From contig CAYLIB010000007.1 of the NCBI GenBank assembly GCA_964384035.1, forward strand, positions 18,769-82,768: a stretch of DNA of 64,000 nt, given 5' to 3'. Positions within the stretch are counted from its first letter, which is position 1, and the number at the start of each line of letters is the position of its first letter. The translations under genes and the position numbers were made by a program. This DNA comes from an uncultured Candidatus Saccharibacteria bacterium. GTDB taxonomy: Bacteria > Patescibacteriota > Doudnabacteria > UBA920. This document shows positions 49,552 through 58,951 of this stretch, in pieces. Below the pieces are notes generated by a model. The model ran no database searches. It was given only the letters and a program-made list of their open reading frames with translations, and was not told where the DNA came from.

Positions 49552-49674
49552 GCATCGCACATTTTGCTCCAGCTCGCACGATTTTTTGGATTTTTTTACT
49601 CCATCGTCCCGTCACGGACGCTTGCGTAAAAAAATCGAAAAAGATCGTGCAATCTGAACCAAAATCTGCAATGC
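49552..49674. repeat. Long-palindrome element, AAAATCTGCAAT family, copy C
   Basis: GCATCGCACATTTTG...GCACGATTTTTTGGATTTTTTT / AAAAAAATCGAAAAAGATCGTGC...CAAAATCTGCAATGC. Confidence 0.7.
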
Positions 49675-49735
49675 GTACTTTTTTCAGGAGAGATAAGTGT
49701 TGCAAAAAATGGGGGGATGGCTTATTATCGGGGAG

Positions 49736-50329
49736 ATGAAGTTTGATGTGATTTTTTTTATAGGACCTCAAGGGAGTGGGAAGGGGACGCAAGCTCGGCT
49801 GCTAGCCACGAAGCTTGGTTTTTATTTTTGGGAGATGGGTGGAATTCTGAGAGAGATTGGGAAAGAAGATTCCGTATTGGGTAAAAAGATAAAAGTGTTG
49901 CTTGATGCAGGTATTTTGGTTCCTGATCAAGTAATTTTAGAAATATTGGATGAGAAACTCCCAGGTTTAATGAATGAGAAAGGTTTGGTGTTCGATGGTG
50001 TACCTAGGCAGTTGGGACAGGCTGTGCATTTGTTGTCCTTTTTGGAGAAAAGCAATAAGCAGAAAATGGTGACTATCTTTATAGATTTACCTAAGGAAGA
50101 ATCAATCAAGAGATTGTTACTCAGAGCAGAGAAAGAAGGTCGTGTGGATGATAATAAAGAGAGTATAGAAATGCGGTTGTCTATGTATGAGAATCAAACG
50201 GTCCCGGTATTGGATTATCTGAGAGAGAGGACTACTTTTATTACGATTGACGGTTCGCCTGAAGTCGATATGGTTACTGAACAAATAAATTACGCACTTG
50301 AAGGAAGAGAAGACAAAGAATCCAATTAA
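49736..50329 (+). CDS. adk: Adenylate kinase (short-LID type)
   Basis: GPQGSGKGTQ, FDGVPR, GRVDD; ATG 49736 is the likely start. Confidence 0.85.
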   Translation: MKFDVIFFIGPQGSGKGTQARLLATKLGFYFWEMGGILREIGKEDSVLGKKIKVLLDAGILVPDQVILEILDEKLPGLMNEKGLVFDGVPRQLGQAVHLLSFLEKSNKQKMVTIFIDLPKEESIKRLLLRAEKEGRVDDNKESIEMRLSMYENQTVPVLDYLRERTTFITIDGSPEVDMVTEQINYALEGREDKESN

Positions 50330-50933
50330 CATAATACTGATTGGTGATCCGGCAGCAGGAAAAGCTACTCAAGCTAGTTTTTTAACTAGAAAGTATGACC
50401 TGTATGATTTTGACATGGGCAAAGAGCTGACTGTTCTTAGGTCAAAAGATAAGCAGGTAGATGAGGTGTTAAAACAGAACACAGATAAGGGTAATTTGTC
50501 TCCTACTCAAATTGTAAGACAAATATTGAAAGATAAAATTAGTGAGTGCCCAAAGGAAAAGGGGATATTATTTGATGGCCATCCCAAAATGCTTGGTGAG
50601 GCTAAGCTTGTAAGTAAATTACTCAGAGAGCAAGGCAGAAGTAATCCCATAGTAATTTATTTGAGTATCCCTACCAAGGAAACTATAACCCGGATGCATA
50701 AAAGAGTTGGATATTTTGAAGGTAAGTTTGGGAAAAGAGCAGATGATTCTGTCGAGGCGTTGAAAAATAGAGTGGCATACTATAGGAAAAATGTCTCTCA
50801 GGTTATCGATTTTTTTAAACAACAGTACCAATATAAAAAGGTAAGTGGTTTAGGTAATAAGTCTGAAGTAAAGCTACGTATTTTTTTGACTATTGATAAA
50901 TATTTAGAGAAAGTTAAAAATACCTCTAAATAA
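50298..50933 (+). CDS. Second adenylate-kinase-like NMP kinase
   Basis: GDPAAGKATQ, FDGHPK, KRADD. Confidence 0.8.
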   Translation: MKEEKTKNPINIILIGDPAAGKATQASFLTRKYDLYDFDMGKELTVLRSKDKQVDEVLKQNTDKGNLSPTQIVRQILKDKISECPKEKGILFDGHPKMLGEAKLVSKLLREQGRSNPIVIYLSIPTKETITRMHKRVGYFEGKFGKRADDSVEALKNRVAYYRKNVSQVIDFFKQQYQYKKVSGLGNKSEVKLRIFLTIDKYLEKVKNTSK

Positions 50934-50953
50934 CTTTAGAGGTATTATTTTGT

Positions 50954-51721
50954 ATGCCAGACAAGCAAGGGTTTATTAAAACTTCAGAGGAGATAAATAT
51001 TATCGGAGAGGGTGGAAAGATAATGAGGGATATTTTAAGTATGCTTTCTGAGAAATCTATCCCTGGAATTTCTACTTATGAGTTAAATAAGATTGCTTGG
51101 AAAGAAATAGAATCCTGTGGGGGTAGGCCGAGTTTTTTGGGTTATGGGCCACGAAATAATCCATTTCCAGCAGCGTTATGTACTTCTTTAAATGATGTTG
51201 TGGTGCATGGTATCCCATCTGAAAAAGTGATTTTGAAGGAAGGTGATATATTGGGTTTAGATATTGGTATGGAATATAAAGGGTTATATACGGATACGGC
51301 GATTACTGTAATGGTTGGGAAAGTGAAAGATCGTGTCAAAGAGTTGGTATTAACCACACAGGAGGCACTTAACAAAGCGATTGATAAGGCTAGAGTGGGT
51401 AATAGAATTGGTGATATCTCTGCTGTCATATTTGAAACTGCAAAACACTCAGGGTTTACGGTGGTAAGAGAGCTAGTTGGTCATGGTGTGGGTTATCAGG
51501 TTCATGAAGACCCTGCTGTGCCCTGTTATGGACGTCCAGGAACGGGACCCGAGTTATTCGAGGGTATGGTTTTAGCTATTGAACCAATGGTGTGCGAAAA
51601 GAGTCCGAGGATTTACGTAGATAGGGATGGATGGACGATTAGAACAGATGATGGGGGTAGGGCCGCGCATTTTGAACACACAATTGCTATAACAAAAAGT
51701 GGACCTAGGATTCTTACTTAA
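50954..51721 (+). CDS. map: Methionine aminopeptidase type I
   Basis: VVHGIP, GHGVG..VHEDP, AIEPM, AHFEHT. Confidence 0.96.
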   Translation: MPDKQGFIKTSEEINIIGEGGKIMRDILSMLSEKSIPGISTYELNKIAWKEIESCGGRPSFLGYGPRNNPFPAALCTSLNDVVVHGIPSEKVILKEGDILGLDIGMEYKGLYTDTAITVMVGKVKDRVKELVLTTQEALNKAIDKARVGNRIGDISAVIFETAKHSGFTVVRELVGHGVGYQVHEDPAVPCYGRPGTGPELFEGMVLAIEPMVCEKSPRIYVDRDGWTIRTDDGGRAAHFEHTIAITKSGPRILT

Positions 51722-51747
51722 GATACAGAAAATAAAAAAACAAGTAG

Positions 51748-52149
51748 TCAATGTACTTGTTGTTTTTTTTGATTGTTTAAAATAGATTTACGCCAAGTAT
51801 AGAAGAATGTAAACCCGCATGTGAGATAAAGTAGAATCCCCAAGATTATTAATCTTTTAGCCTGAACTTCTAAGAAGTATACGGATTCTTCCAGGTCATT
51901 TAGCGTATGTTTTTTCTGAAAAGGATCTTGATTGCTTTTTATACCCATTAACTGGGTTTCAAGCTCGGTTTCCTTTAATGTTAACTGATCGATTCTGTTT
52001 TCTAGAAATCTGATTTTGTTGTACGCGAGAGTGAGTTTTTTCTCTAGTTTTTGAATTTTTTGTCTAGCAGTTAATTTGGGGCGTGCGCTAATTTGTGGGG
52101 CAAGAGCGCATAAAAGTAAACACATTACAATAAACCATTTTGATTTCAT
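51748..52149 (-). CDS. Secreted coiled-coil orphan with C-terminal TM anchor, own promoter and SD
   Basis: Start reassigned to ATG 52149 (MKSKWFIVMCLLLCALAPQISA signal); GAGGA 7 nt upstream; TTGACG-N18-CATAAT at 52191-52220. Confidence 0.7.
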   Translation of the reverse strand: MKSKWFIVMCLLLCALAPQISARPKLTARQKIQKLEKKLTLAYNKIRFLENRIDQLTLKETELETQLMGIKSNQDPFQKKHTLNDLEESVYFLEVQAKRLIILGILLYLTCGFTFFYTWRKSILNNQKKQQVH

Positions 52150-52284
52150 CGGGGGTTCCTCATGTTTGATTTTGCCGTACAAGATTAAAGATTATGCCTT
52201 TTTTATGATGAATGCGTCAAGTATGTGCTATAATTTTCTTTGTATTAACACTCAGTATTAAGAGTAAAAACAAATCATATTTAG

Positions 52285-52659
52285 ATGCAAAATTTACAAG
52301 ACGTTTTTCAAAGAATGCGCGCGACTAAGCGTGAACAGAAACAAATAACTAATATGTACAAGGATTCACTCGAGTCCTCTTCGGAATATCGAGATGTTTT
52401 AGAGAAACTGCGTGGTTTTAAGCTTAGAAAACAGCAAATTGAGGAAGAGGTTAAGGCTGAATTGGGAAATGATTTAGCAAAATTAGAGGCTTTAAAAAAG
52501 GATGTGCAGGCAGATAAAGAATTGCTAGCTGACTTAGCCATTAATAAGTTAATGTCTGGTGAAACTGTGAGTGTAGAGGATGAAGACAAAAATCCGTATG
52601 AGCCGGTGTTTAGTGTTAAATTTAAGAAAACAAACGAGGTTAGACAAGAAGGGGTTTAA
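52285..52659 (+). CDS. Hypothetical coiled-coil protein
   Basis: 124-aa charged helical ORF with host-like codon usage. Confidence 0.75.
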   Translation: MQNLQDVFQRMRATKREQKQITNMYKDSLESSSEYRDVLEKLRGFKLRKQQIEEEVKAELGNDLAKLEALKKDVQADKELLADLAINKLMSGETVSVEDEDKNPYEPVFSVKFKKTNEVRQEGV

Positions 52660-52664
52660 AGAAT

Positions 52665-53072
52665 ATGTCAGGTAATGTACCAGTAAGTTTTGCTTATTTG
52701 GAGAGAGACGGGAGGGTTCTACTTGTCCAAGAAGGGGGGAGACAGCCTTATGGCTTGTGGTGTTTTCCTGGTGGGCATGTAGATCCTGGTGAGACACCTG
52801 ATATTGCTTGTGTAAGAGAGACCAAGGAAGAAACTGGTTACGAAGTGGAAATTGTAAAACCATTGCTTATTCGGACTGTAAGTGGGTTGGAGTACAAAGG
52901 TCCTTTTTCTGAAAATGATAAACAGATTGATATTCATTTATTTGAAGTAAGGATAGTAGGAGGCGATTTGATAGGTTTGAATAATGAGTTATTAGATGTT
53001 GCTTGGTTTGCGAAAGATCATGCGATTAAACTTCCGCATAGGTGGGAGTGGCTAAAAGAGATAATCGGTTAG
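52665..53072 (+). CDS. NUDIX hydrolase
   Basis: Nudix box GGHVDPGETPDIACVRETKEETG. Confidence 0.92.
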   Translation: MSGNVPVSFAYLERDGRVLLVQEGGRQPYGLWCFPGGHVDPGETPDIACVRETKEETGYEVEIVKPLLIRTVSGLEYKGPFSENDKQIDIHLFEVRIVGGDLIGLNNELLDVAWFAKDHAIKLPHRWEWLKEIIG

Positions 53073-53101
53073 TTTACAGGAAATGTAAAAGTGTATATAA
53101 T
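53073..53101 (+). promoter_or_regulatory. sigma70-like promoter of the glgC-like gene
   Basis: TTTACA-N17-TATAAT, followed by the leader hairpin GCGCTAAC-ttag-GTTAGCGC. Confidence 0.65.
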
Positions 53102-53164
53102 TGTCACCGGCGCTAACTTAGGTTAGCGCTATTAAGTTTTTGTCGAATTTTTTCTGGAGGAAAT

Positions 53165-54454
53165 ATGAAAAGACCGAAACCGAATTTCAAGAATACACTT
53201 GGGATTATTATTGGTGGTGGAGAGGGTAACAGGCTTTGGCCTATAACAGCTAGCGTCCCTAAGCCCGCTGTGCCCGTTGGGGCAGACTATGTAATGCTTG
53301 ATTTTCCAATATCTTCCTTGTTGAATTCTGGGTTTGGTAAAATAGTGCTGATCGCTCAGCATTTACCACATGTGATTACTGAACATGTAAATTCTTATCC
53401 AGCAATTTTTGCATCGGGTAGAGGGGAGTTCGGTTCAGTCCGCATGCCTTTCTATCAACAAGATCAGTTTTTGTCTGACCAGCATGCGCTTAGAAGGGTG
53501 CATGAGTTTTTGGAGTTAGATGGAATTGATTATGTTATTTTGCTCAACGCGGATCAGATTTGGGCGTTGGATTTTGAACAAGTTTTTGATGAAATGTTCA
53601 AAGTGGGTGCTCATGCTGCGTTGGTGTATAAGAAAGTTGGGATTGAGGAAGCAAGGAAAAAATTGGGAGTAGTAAAGATGTCAGAGAATGGTCTGGTTGA
53701 GTCTATGGCTGAGAAACCAGACAATCCATACCCTGATTCGCTTGATCCTGCACAAACTTGTGCGAATACTGCAATTTACTGCATGGACAAGCAAGCATAC
53801 ATTGAGATGATAGCTCATATAGCCGATGCTGATCCTGGGCCAAACTTGAGTAATACCGGCATACGGTGGTTGATAGGGCAGAAGGAAGTGCTTGGCTATG
53901 ATATTACTAGTAATGTTATTGATAATTCTGCTGAATTCCAGCAGGGTTTCTGGTTTGATGCCGGAACTCATGAGACTTATCTTGAAGTACAAAAATTACT
54001 AGCAGTGAAAGGAGGAAGGCATTTCAATTTGTATAATGACAAATGGCCGATTTACCGAGGAGTGCCTGGGAATGTTTATCCTGGTCCCGTGAAGCTGGAC
54101 GCTGCTATTTGTGAGGCTAGTTTACTTGGAGCTGGTGTGATTTTGGCCCAAGAAACTGAGCTTTATAATTCTGTTTTGAGTCCGGGTACAAGAGTCTTTG
54201 ATAAAAGCACTCTGGAAACGGTGGTAACTCTAAGAAATTGCCAGATAGGGGCAGGTTCTGTTCTGAAAAAGGTAATTCTTGGTGAGGGGGTATGTGTACC
54301 ACCAGGGACAGTCCTGGGTGGTGGATATTACCCTGATGGTACGCTGGATTTTGATGAGGCGATTGTTCGCCTGCAGTCTGGAAAACGACCAGTACCCGTA
54401 CCCATAAAGACAGAAAGTGGTATTCTGGTTATACCAGCAAGGTGGAAGTTTTGA
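53165..54454 (+). CDS. Divergent GlgC-like sugar-1-phosphate nucleotidyltransferase
   Basis: GGGEGNRLWPIT...KPAVP, EKP, WFDAGT, LYNDKWPI, C-terminal hexapeptide repeats; GGAGG SD. Confidence 0.8.
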   Translation: MKRPKPNFKNTLGIIIGGGEGNRLWPITASVPKPAVPVGADYVMLDFPISSLLNSGFGKIVLIAQHLPHVITEHVNSYPAIFASGRGEFGSVRMPFYQQDQFLSDQHALRRVHEFLELDGIDYVILLNADQIWALDFEQVFDEMFKVGAHAALVYKKVGIEEARKKLGVVKMSENGLVESMAEKPDNPYPDSLDPAQTCANTAIYCMDKQAYIEMIAHIADADPGPNLSNTGIRWLIGQKEVLGYDITSNVIDNSAEFQQGFWFDAGTHETYLEVQKLLAVKGGRHFNLYNDKWPIYRGVPGNVYPGPVKLDAAICEASLLGAGVILAQETELYNSVLSPGTRVFDKSTLETVVTLRNCQIGAGSVLKKVILGEGVCVPPGTVLGGGYYPDGTLDFDEAIVRLQSGKRPVPVPIKTESGILVIPARWKF

Positions 54455-54581
54455 TCCGCCTTTTTTTATTAGTATTTAATATTCTAGCTATTGTTTTTTC
54501 TTTGAAAAATAGATACCCTAGAATTGTTGTAAGTTTTCCGACGAGTATTATGGATTCTCACAAGTTTGCGAGGAGGACGCA

Positions 54582-55106
54582 ATGCAGGATCAAAAAAATA
54601 CAAAAAGAAAACCCAGAATGTTTCGTGTGGTGGAGACATTGGTAAATAATAAAACAATAAAATTAATTGTCCCTTGCAAAAAAAATACGGAGGAAAATTT
54701 TTCTAATAGGGAAGGATTTGGGGTTTATATTCACTTGGATGCTAGAATAAGGAAAGCCTTGTGCATGTATTCAAAACTTCAGAAGGTAAAAGCGAGAATT
54801 TTCAATCTATCATTTTCGAATATCCCTGAATATGAAATTGTTTTGGAGCCACCACCCGATAATCCTTTTATGTTTACCGAGGTTGATATTCATTTTTTCC
54901 CATGTGGGTCTTTGTTTCAAGAGATAGTAGAGGTAGTAGCTGGTGATCCTAAATTGGAGAAGAAGGAAAGTTCTAAAAAGAAATCGACCGCATTGGGTAT
55001 CAGAAAAACTCCGGGTCCGTTTTTCGTTGGTGGGAAAGGTGATGGCCCAACAGGGATCGATGATCTAAAAAAAGCGGCTCAAGATTATTACGATGATTTA
55101 ACATAG
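54582..55106 (+). CDS. Hypothetical protein (orphan) with SD
   Basis: 174 aa; AGGAGG at 54571-54576; terminator ACATAGCA..TGCTATGT-T6 overlaps the stop. Confidence 0.7.
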   Translation: MQDQKNTKRKPRMFRVVETLVNNKTIKLIVPCKKNTEENFSNREGFGVYIHLDARIRKALCMYSKLQKVKARIFNLSFSNIPEYEIVLEPPPDNPFMFTEVDIHFFPCGSLFQEIVEVVAGDPKLEKKESSKKKSTALGIRKTPGPFFVGGKGDGPTGIDDLKKAAQDYYDDLT

Positions 55107-55206
55107 CATGTGGAAAAGTGCTATGTTTTTTATATTAGGAGTATGGTATATTTAGGTGTACAAAGGTATACCTATTTAGAGCCTAGTATGATAATTTAGT
55201 TAATTT

Positions 55207-56343
55207 GTGCTTATGGAACCATTAGCAAATAGAATTAGACCATTAGGTTTAGATAAATATTATGGACAGGAGCATTTGGTGGGTGAGGATGGACCAATTC
55301 GTAAGGCTATATTAGAAAAGCATATTTTTAGTTTTATTCTATGGGGACCTCCTGGTACGGGTAAGACAACTCTAGCGAAGATATATGCTAATTCTGTTGG
55401 GGCAGAGATGTTTACACTTTCGGCTGTTTCGGCTGGAAAAGATCAGGTTAGACAAATATTAGAACTCCCGACTTTTTTAGGTAAGACAAAAATATTATTT
55501 TTAGACGAAATTCACAGGTTTAATAAAGCTCAGCAAGATTTTTTATTACCTTTTGTTGAGTCAGGGCAAATATATTTAATAGGCGCAACGACAGAAAATC
55601 CTAGCTTTGAGGTTGTTCCGGCTTTGTTATCGAGATGTAGGGTTTTTACTTTGAAAGCTTTAGATTCGGATTCGCTACGAAAAATTATTTTAAATACAGA
55701 GATACCGGTAGATGAAGACGCGATGAACTTGCTGTTGGGACAATCGGGAGGGGATGCGAGGCAAGCAATCGGAATTTTAGAAAATGTTGGTAAATTGTAT
55801 CCGAGAGTGACCCTGGAGACACTCAAAAAAAGCATGCAGTCCAGTGTGCTTCGTTACGATAAAAATGGAGAGGAGCATTACAATACTATTTCGGCTTTTA
55901 TAAAAAGTATGCGTGCTAGTCAAGTTGATGCTGCGCTTTATTACTTAGCAAGAATGACCGAAGCTCATGAGGATCCGCTTTTTATTGCGAGAAGGATGAT
56001 TATTTTCGCATCTGAAGACATTGGAATGGAAGATCCACAAGCTCTTCAGGTAGCTAATGCGGTTTTTCAGGCATGTCAGATAATTGGATACCCTGAATGC
56101 TCAATAACCTTGGCGGAGGGGGTTACTTATCTTGCTCTTGCCCCGAAGAGCCGTGCGGTTTACGACGCGATTATGGAGGCTAAAATGGATGCAGTTAGGT
56201 TGGGGAATTTAGAGATACCTTTAGAAATTCGAAATGCACCTACAAAATTAATGAAGGAGTTAGGGTATGGAAATGGATATGAGATGTATTCACAGAGTGA
56301 TTTCTTACCAAAAGAACTCAAAAGGAAAAAGTATTACAAATAA
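55207..56343 (+). CDS. rarA: Replication-associated recombination protein A (MgsA/RarA)
   Basis: [42 protein letters not shown]. Confidence 0.95.
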   Translation: MLMEPLANRIRPLGLDKYYGQEHLVGEDGPIRKAILEKHIFSFILWGPPGTGKTTLAKIYANSVGAEMFTLSAVSAGKDQVRQILELPTFLGKTKILFLDEIHRFNKAQQDFLLPFVESGQIYLIGATTENPSFEVVPALLSRCRVFTLKALDSDSLRKIILNTEIPVDEDAMNLLLGQSGGDARQAIGILENVGKLYPRVTLETLKKSMQSSVLRYDKNGEEHYNTISAFIKSMRASQVDAALYYLARMTEAHEDPLFIARRMIIFASEDIGMEDPQALQVANAVFQACQIIGYPECSITLAEGVTYLALAPKSRAVYDAIMEAKMDAVRLGNLEIPLEIRNAPTKLMKELGYGNGYEMYSQSDFLPKELKRKKYYK

Positions 56344-56363
56344 AAAAGACCTTTTTGGTTTAT

Positions 56364-56900
56364 TTAAGAAATGAACTTAGAGAAAAATTCTTTTAAGAAT
56401 CCGGCCCTAGGGGTATTTGATTCGCTGACCGCGCCAGTTAGTTCATATCCCGCTCGAAGCACTACCACTTCTTCCTCGAAGCGTTGTTGTTCAAGATGGC
56501 TGGCTTCGACACAGAATTCTTGGATTTTCTGTATTAGGTCTGAGATGCCTAGTTTTTTGAACTCGCCGGTGTCATTACAGTTAATTCTAACTAATTCTTT
56601 TGTCCCAATTAGAGCGTTTTTAATTAGTAAGGCTGATTTTGAATTATTGGGCTGTTCGTAGATACAAATCGCGTAGTTCACAGGAATGTCAGTGTAAGTG
56701 GGGTAGCTCCCGAATACATAGCCGTCGTTTACTTGGTATGAAACCTCACGGTTATCAAACCGGTGAACAACTACATGGAATTGGGGATTTATGTCATTGT
56801 GTCTAAATGCTGTAAAAACCAGTATGCTTTCTATAAGCCCTTTGTTGTTACCCCAGGGAAATTGAGCTGATTCAACTTTCTCGTATTTGTGAACGTACAT
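56364..56900 (-). CDS. Hypothetical protein (orphan) with its own promoter and SD
   Basis: GGAGG at 56909-56913 favours ATG 56900 (alternative 56915); TTGCGC-N17-TATAGT at 56971-56999. Confidence 0.7.
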   Translation of the reverse strand: MYVHKYEKVESAQFPWGNNKGLIESILVFTAFRHNDINPQFHVVVHRFDNREVSYQVNDGYVFGSYPTYTDIPVNYAICIYEQPNNSKSALLIKNALIGTKELVRINCNDTGEFKKLGISDLIQKIQEFCVEASHLEQQRFEEEVVVLRAGYELTGAVSESNTPRAGFLKEFFSKFIS

Positions 56901-57003
56901 ATTAACTTCCTCCATTTAAAGTACCCCCTCGCTTCGCGAATAGGGAAAATTTAAATCGATGTAATACGAGACTATATAGTATATGTACGCATTGCGCAAG
57001 ATT

Positions 57004-57036
57004 AAAAAACCGCCAGATTAAGACCGGCGGTTTTTT
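57004..57036 (-). terminator. Terminator after thrS
   Basis: AAAAAACCGCC-N11-GGCGGTTTTTT. Confidence 0.8.
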
Positions 57037-57039
57037 GGG

Positions 57040-58788
57040 TTACGGGTTTTTATTCTCTATTTCAGTTTTCAATTGTGCAGTAAAGTTGGATATTTCTTTT
57101 GTTCCAAGATCTTCGCCGGTTCTTGCTCTTACCGATAGGTTATTGTCTTGCTCTTCTTTTTCACCGACTATTATTTGATAAGGAATTTTTGACATTGAAG
57201 CTTCGCGGATTTTTTTGCCAACCGATTCACTTCGGTCATCTATCTCTATTCGGAGACTTGGTATGTTATCTTCAAGTTCTTTTTTTATTTTGTTAGCGTA
57301 GTCATTGAATTTGTCGGAAATGGGAAGAATGGCAACTTGAACAGGGGAGAGCCAGAGGGGGAAGTTCCCAGCAGAGTGCTCTATAAATATAGAAAGGAAT
57401 CTTTCTATAGAACCCATAATAGCGGCATGGATCATTACGACTTGCTCGTCTTTGCCTTCTTCGTTTATACAGTTTAAGTTAAAGCGCTGAGGCATATTCA
57501 TATCCATTTGTATGGTTGCGACCTGCCAGCGTCTGCCTATGGAGTCGTGTGCGAGGAAGTCTATTTTTGGTCCGTAAAAAGCGGCTTCACCGGGTACGAT
57601 TTCGGCGTCCGTTTTTCTTTCTTCAACAAGTTCTTTAAGTTGTGCTTCGGCGAATTCCCAGTTTTCACTTGTACCTAAGTATTTTTCTTTTTGTTCTGGG
57701 TCGTGGAAAGAAAGTCGGACTTCCAATTTGAACCCAAAGCTCGTGTAGAAACTCTCTATAATATCCCATACTGCTTCCATTTCCTGTTTTACTTGTGAGC
57801 TTCTGCAGAAAACGTGTGCATCGTCTTGAGCGAATGCTCGTACCCGGGAAAGTCCAGAAAGTTCACCTGTTTGCTCGTCTCTGTAGCAAACCGTGGTGTT
57901 GGCGTACCTTACGGGAAGTTGTTTATATGAATGCGGTTTTCTTGCGTAAATTTGGGTGTGATGAGGACAGTTCATCGGCTTCATTGCGAACTCGTGACCC
58001 TCTCTTGTGGTAATGCGAAATAGTTCGTCTTTAAATTTATCCCAGTGACCGCTGGTTTCATAGAGATCTTTTTTGGTGATGTGAGGGATTTCTACTTTTT
58101 CGTAACCCTTGGCTTTTCTGAGTGACCATACGTAGTCATCCAGTAAGCTTCTTACTAGAGTGCCTTTAGGTGTCCAAAGCGGGAGGCCAGGACCAACCAA
58201 TTCTGAGAAAGTGAAAAGGTCTAGGGCGGGGCCTAGTTTTTTATGGTCTCTTTTTTTTGCTTCCTCGAGCATTTTTATGTATTCATCTAATTCTGCTTTG
58301 GTTTCAAATGCTAATCCGTAAATACGAGTGAGCATCGGGTTTTCAGCATTGCCTCGCCAGTAAGCTCCGGTAATTTTATCTAGTTTCCAACTGCTGGGTA
58401 CTATGTCTTTGAAGTTATCAGTGTGGCCACCCTTGCAAAGGTCCCAGTAGTTACCGGATTTATAGAAACTTACGCTTTCACCGTTCTTTGTAAATTCGTT
58501 AATAAGTTCGTGCTTGTATGGATTATCTGGGTACTCTTTTTTGGCTTCTTCAGCTGTAAGTTCGTGTCTTTCAAATGTTGTCCAACTTTTAGATATTTCT
58601 CTCATTTTCTTCTCGATTCTTTCTAAATCTTTTTCGTTTATCGGTTCAGGGAATTCGAAGTCAAAATAAAATCCGTTGTCGATAGCTGGACCGATGGCGC
58701 GTTTGGTATTGGGCCATAACTCCATTACGGCTGCAGCAAGTAGGTGGGCCAGGGAGTGTCTTTTATGTTGGAGTATTTCGTTTTGCAT
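57040..58788 (-). CDS. thrS: Threonyl-tRNA synthetase (lacks the N1/TGS domain)
   Basis: RHSLAHLL, DLCKGGH, RDHKKLG, KPMNCPHH, AFYGPKID. Confidence 0.97.
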   Translation of the reverse strand: MQNEILQHKRHSLAHLLAAAVMELWPNTKRAIGPAIDNGFYFDFEFPEPINEKDLERIEKKMREISKSWTTFERHELTAEEAKKEYPDNPYKHELINEFTKNGESVSFYKSGNYWDLCKGGHTDNFKDIVPSSWKLDKITGAYWRGNAENPMLTRIYGLAFETKAELDEYIKMLEEAKKRDHKKLGPALDLFTFSELVGPGLPLWTPKGTLVRSLLDDYVWSLRKAKGYEKVEIPHITKKDLYETSGHWDKFKDELFRITTREGHEFAMKPMNCPHHTQIYARKPHSYKQLPVRYANTTVCYRDEQTGELSGLSRVRAFAQDDAHVFCRSSQVKQEMEAVWDIIESFYTSFGFKLEVRLSFHDPEQKEKYLGTSENWEFAEAQLKELVEERKTDAEIVPGEAAFYGPKIDFLAHDSIGRRWQVATIQMDMNMPQRFNLNCINEEGKDEQVVMIHAAIMGSIERFLSIFIEHSAGNFPLWLSPVQVAILPISDKFNDYANKIKKELEDNIPSLRIEIDDRSESVGKKIREASMSKIPYQIIVGEKEEQDNNLSVRARTGEDLGTKEISNFTAQLKTEIENKNP

Positions 58789-58810
58789 AGTTTAATTTTA
58801 GAAGTTAATA

Positions 58811-58951
58811 AAAATTAAAACCCAGAATTTATTTACCAAAAGTTTGGTAGATAAATTCTGGGGTCTAGTTGTTTGCCAGACGGTTCCAACCCAGATAACT
58901 ATTTTATTAAATTTGTAATCGCTCGCCGAGTGGTAGTCGGGTCTTTGTGAT
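58811..58951 (-). promoter_or_regulatory. Miniature T-box riboswitch (Thr) with intrinsic terminator
   Basis: CTGGG-TTGGAACC-GTCTGG..CTAGAC-CCCAG antiterminator; overlapping terminator 58821-58862 plus U tract; short Stem I with ACC in the loop; promoter TTGACT-N17-TAATAT at 58964-58992. Confidence 0.8.
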
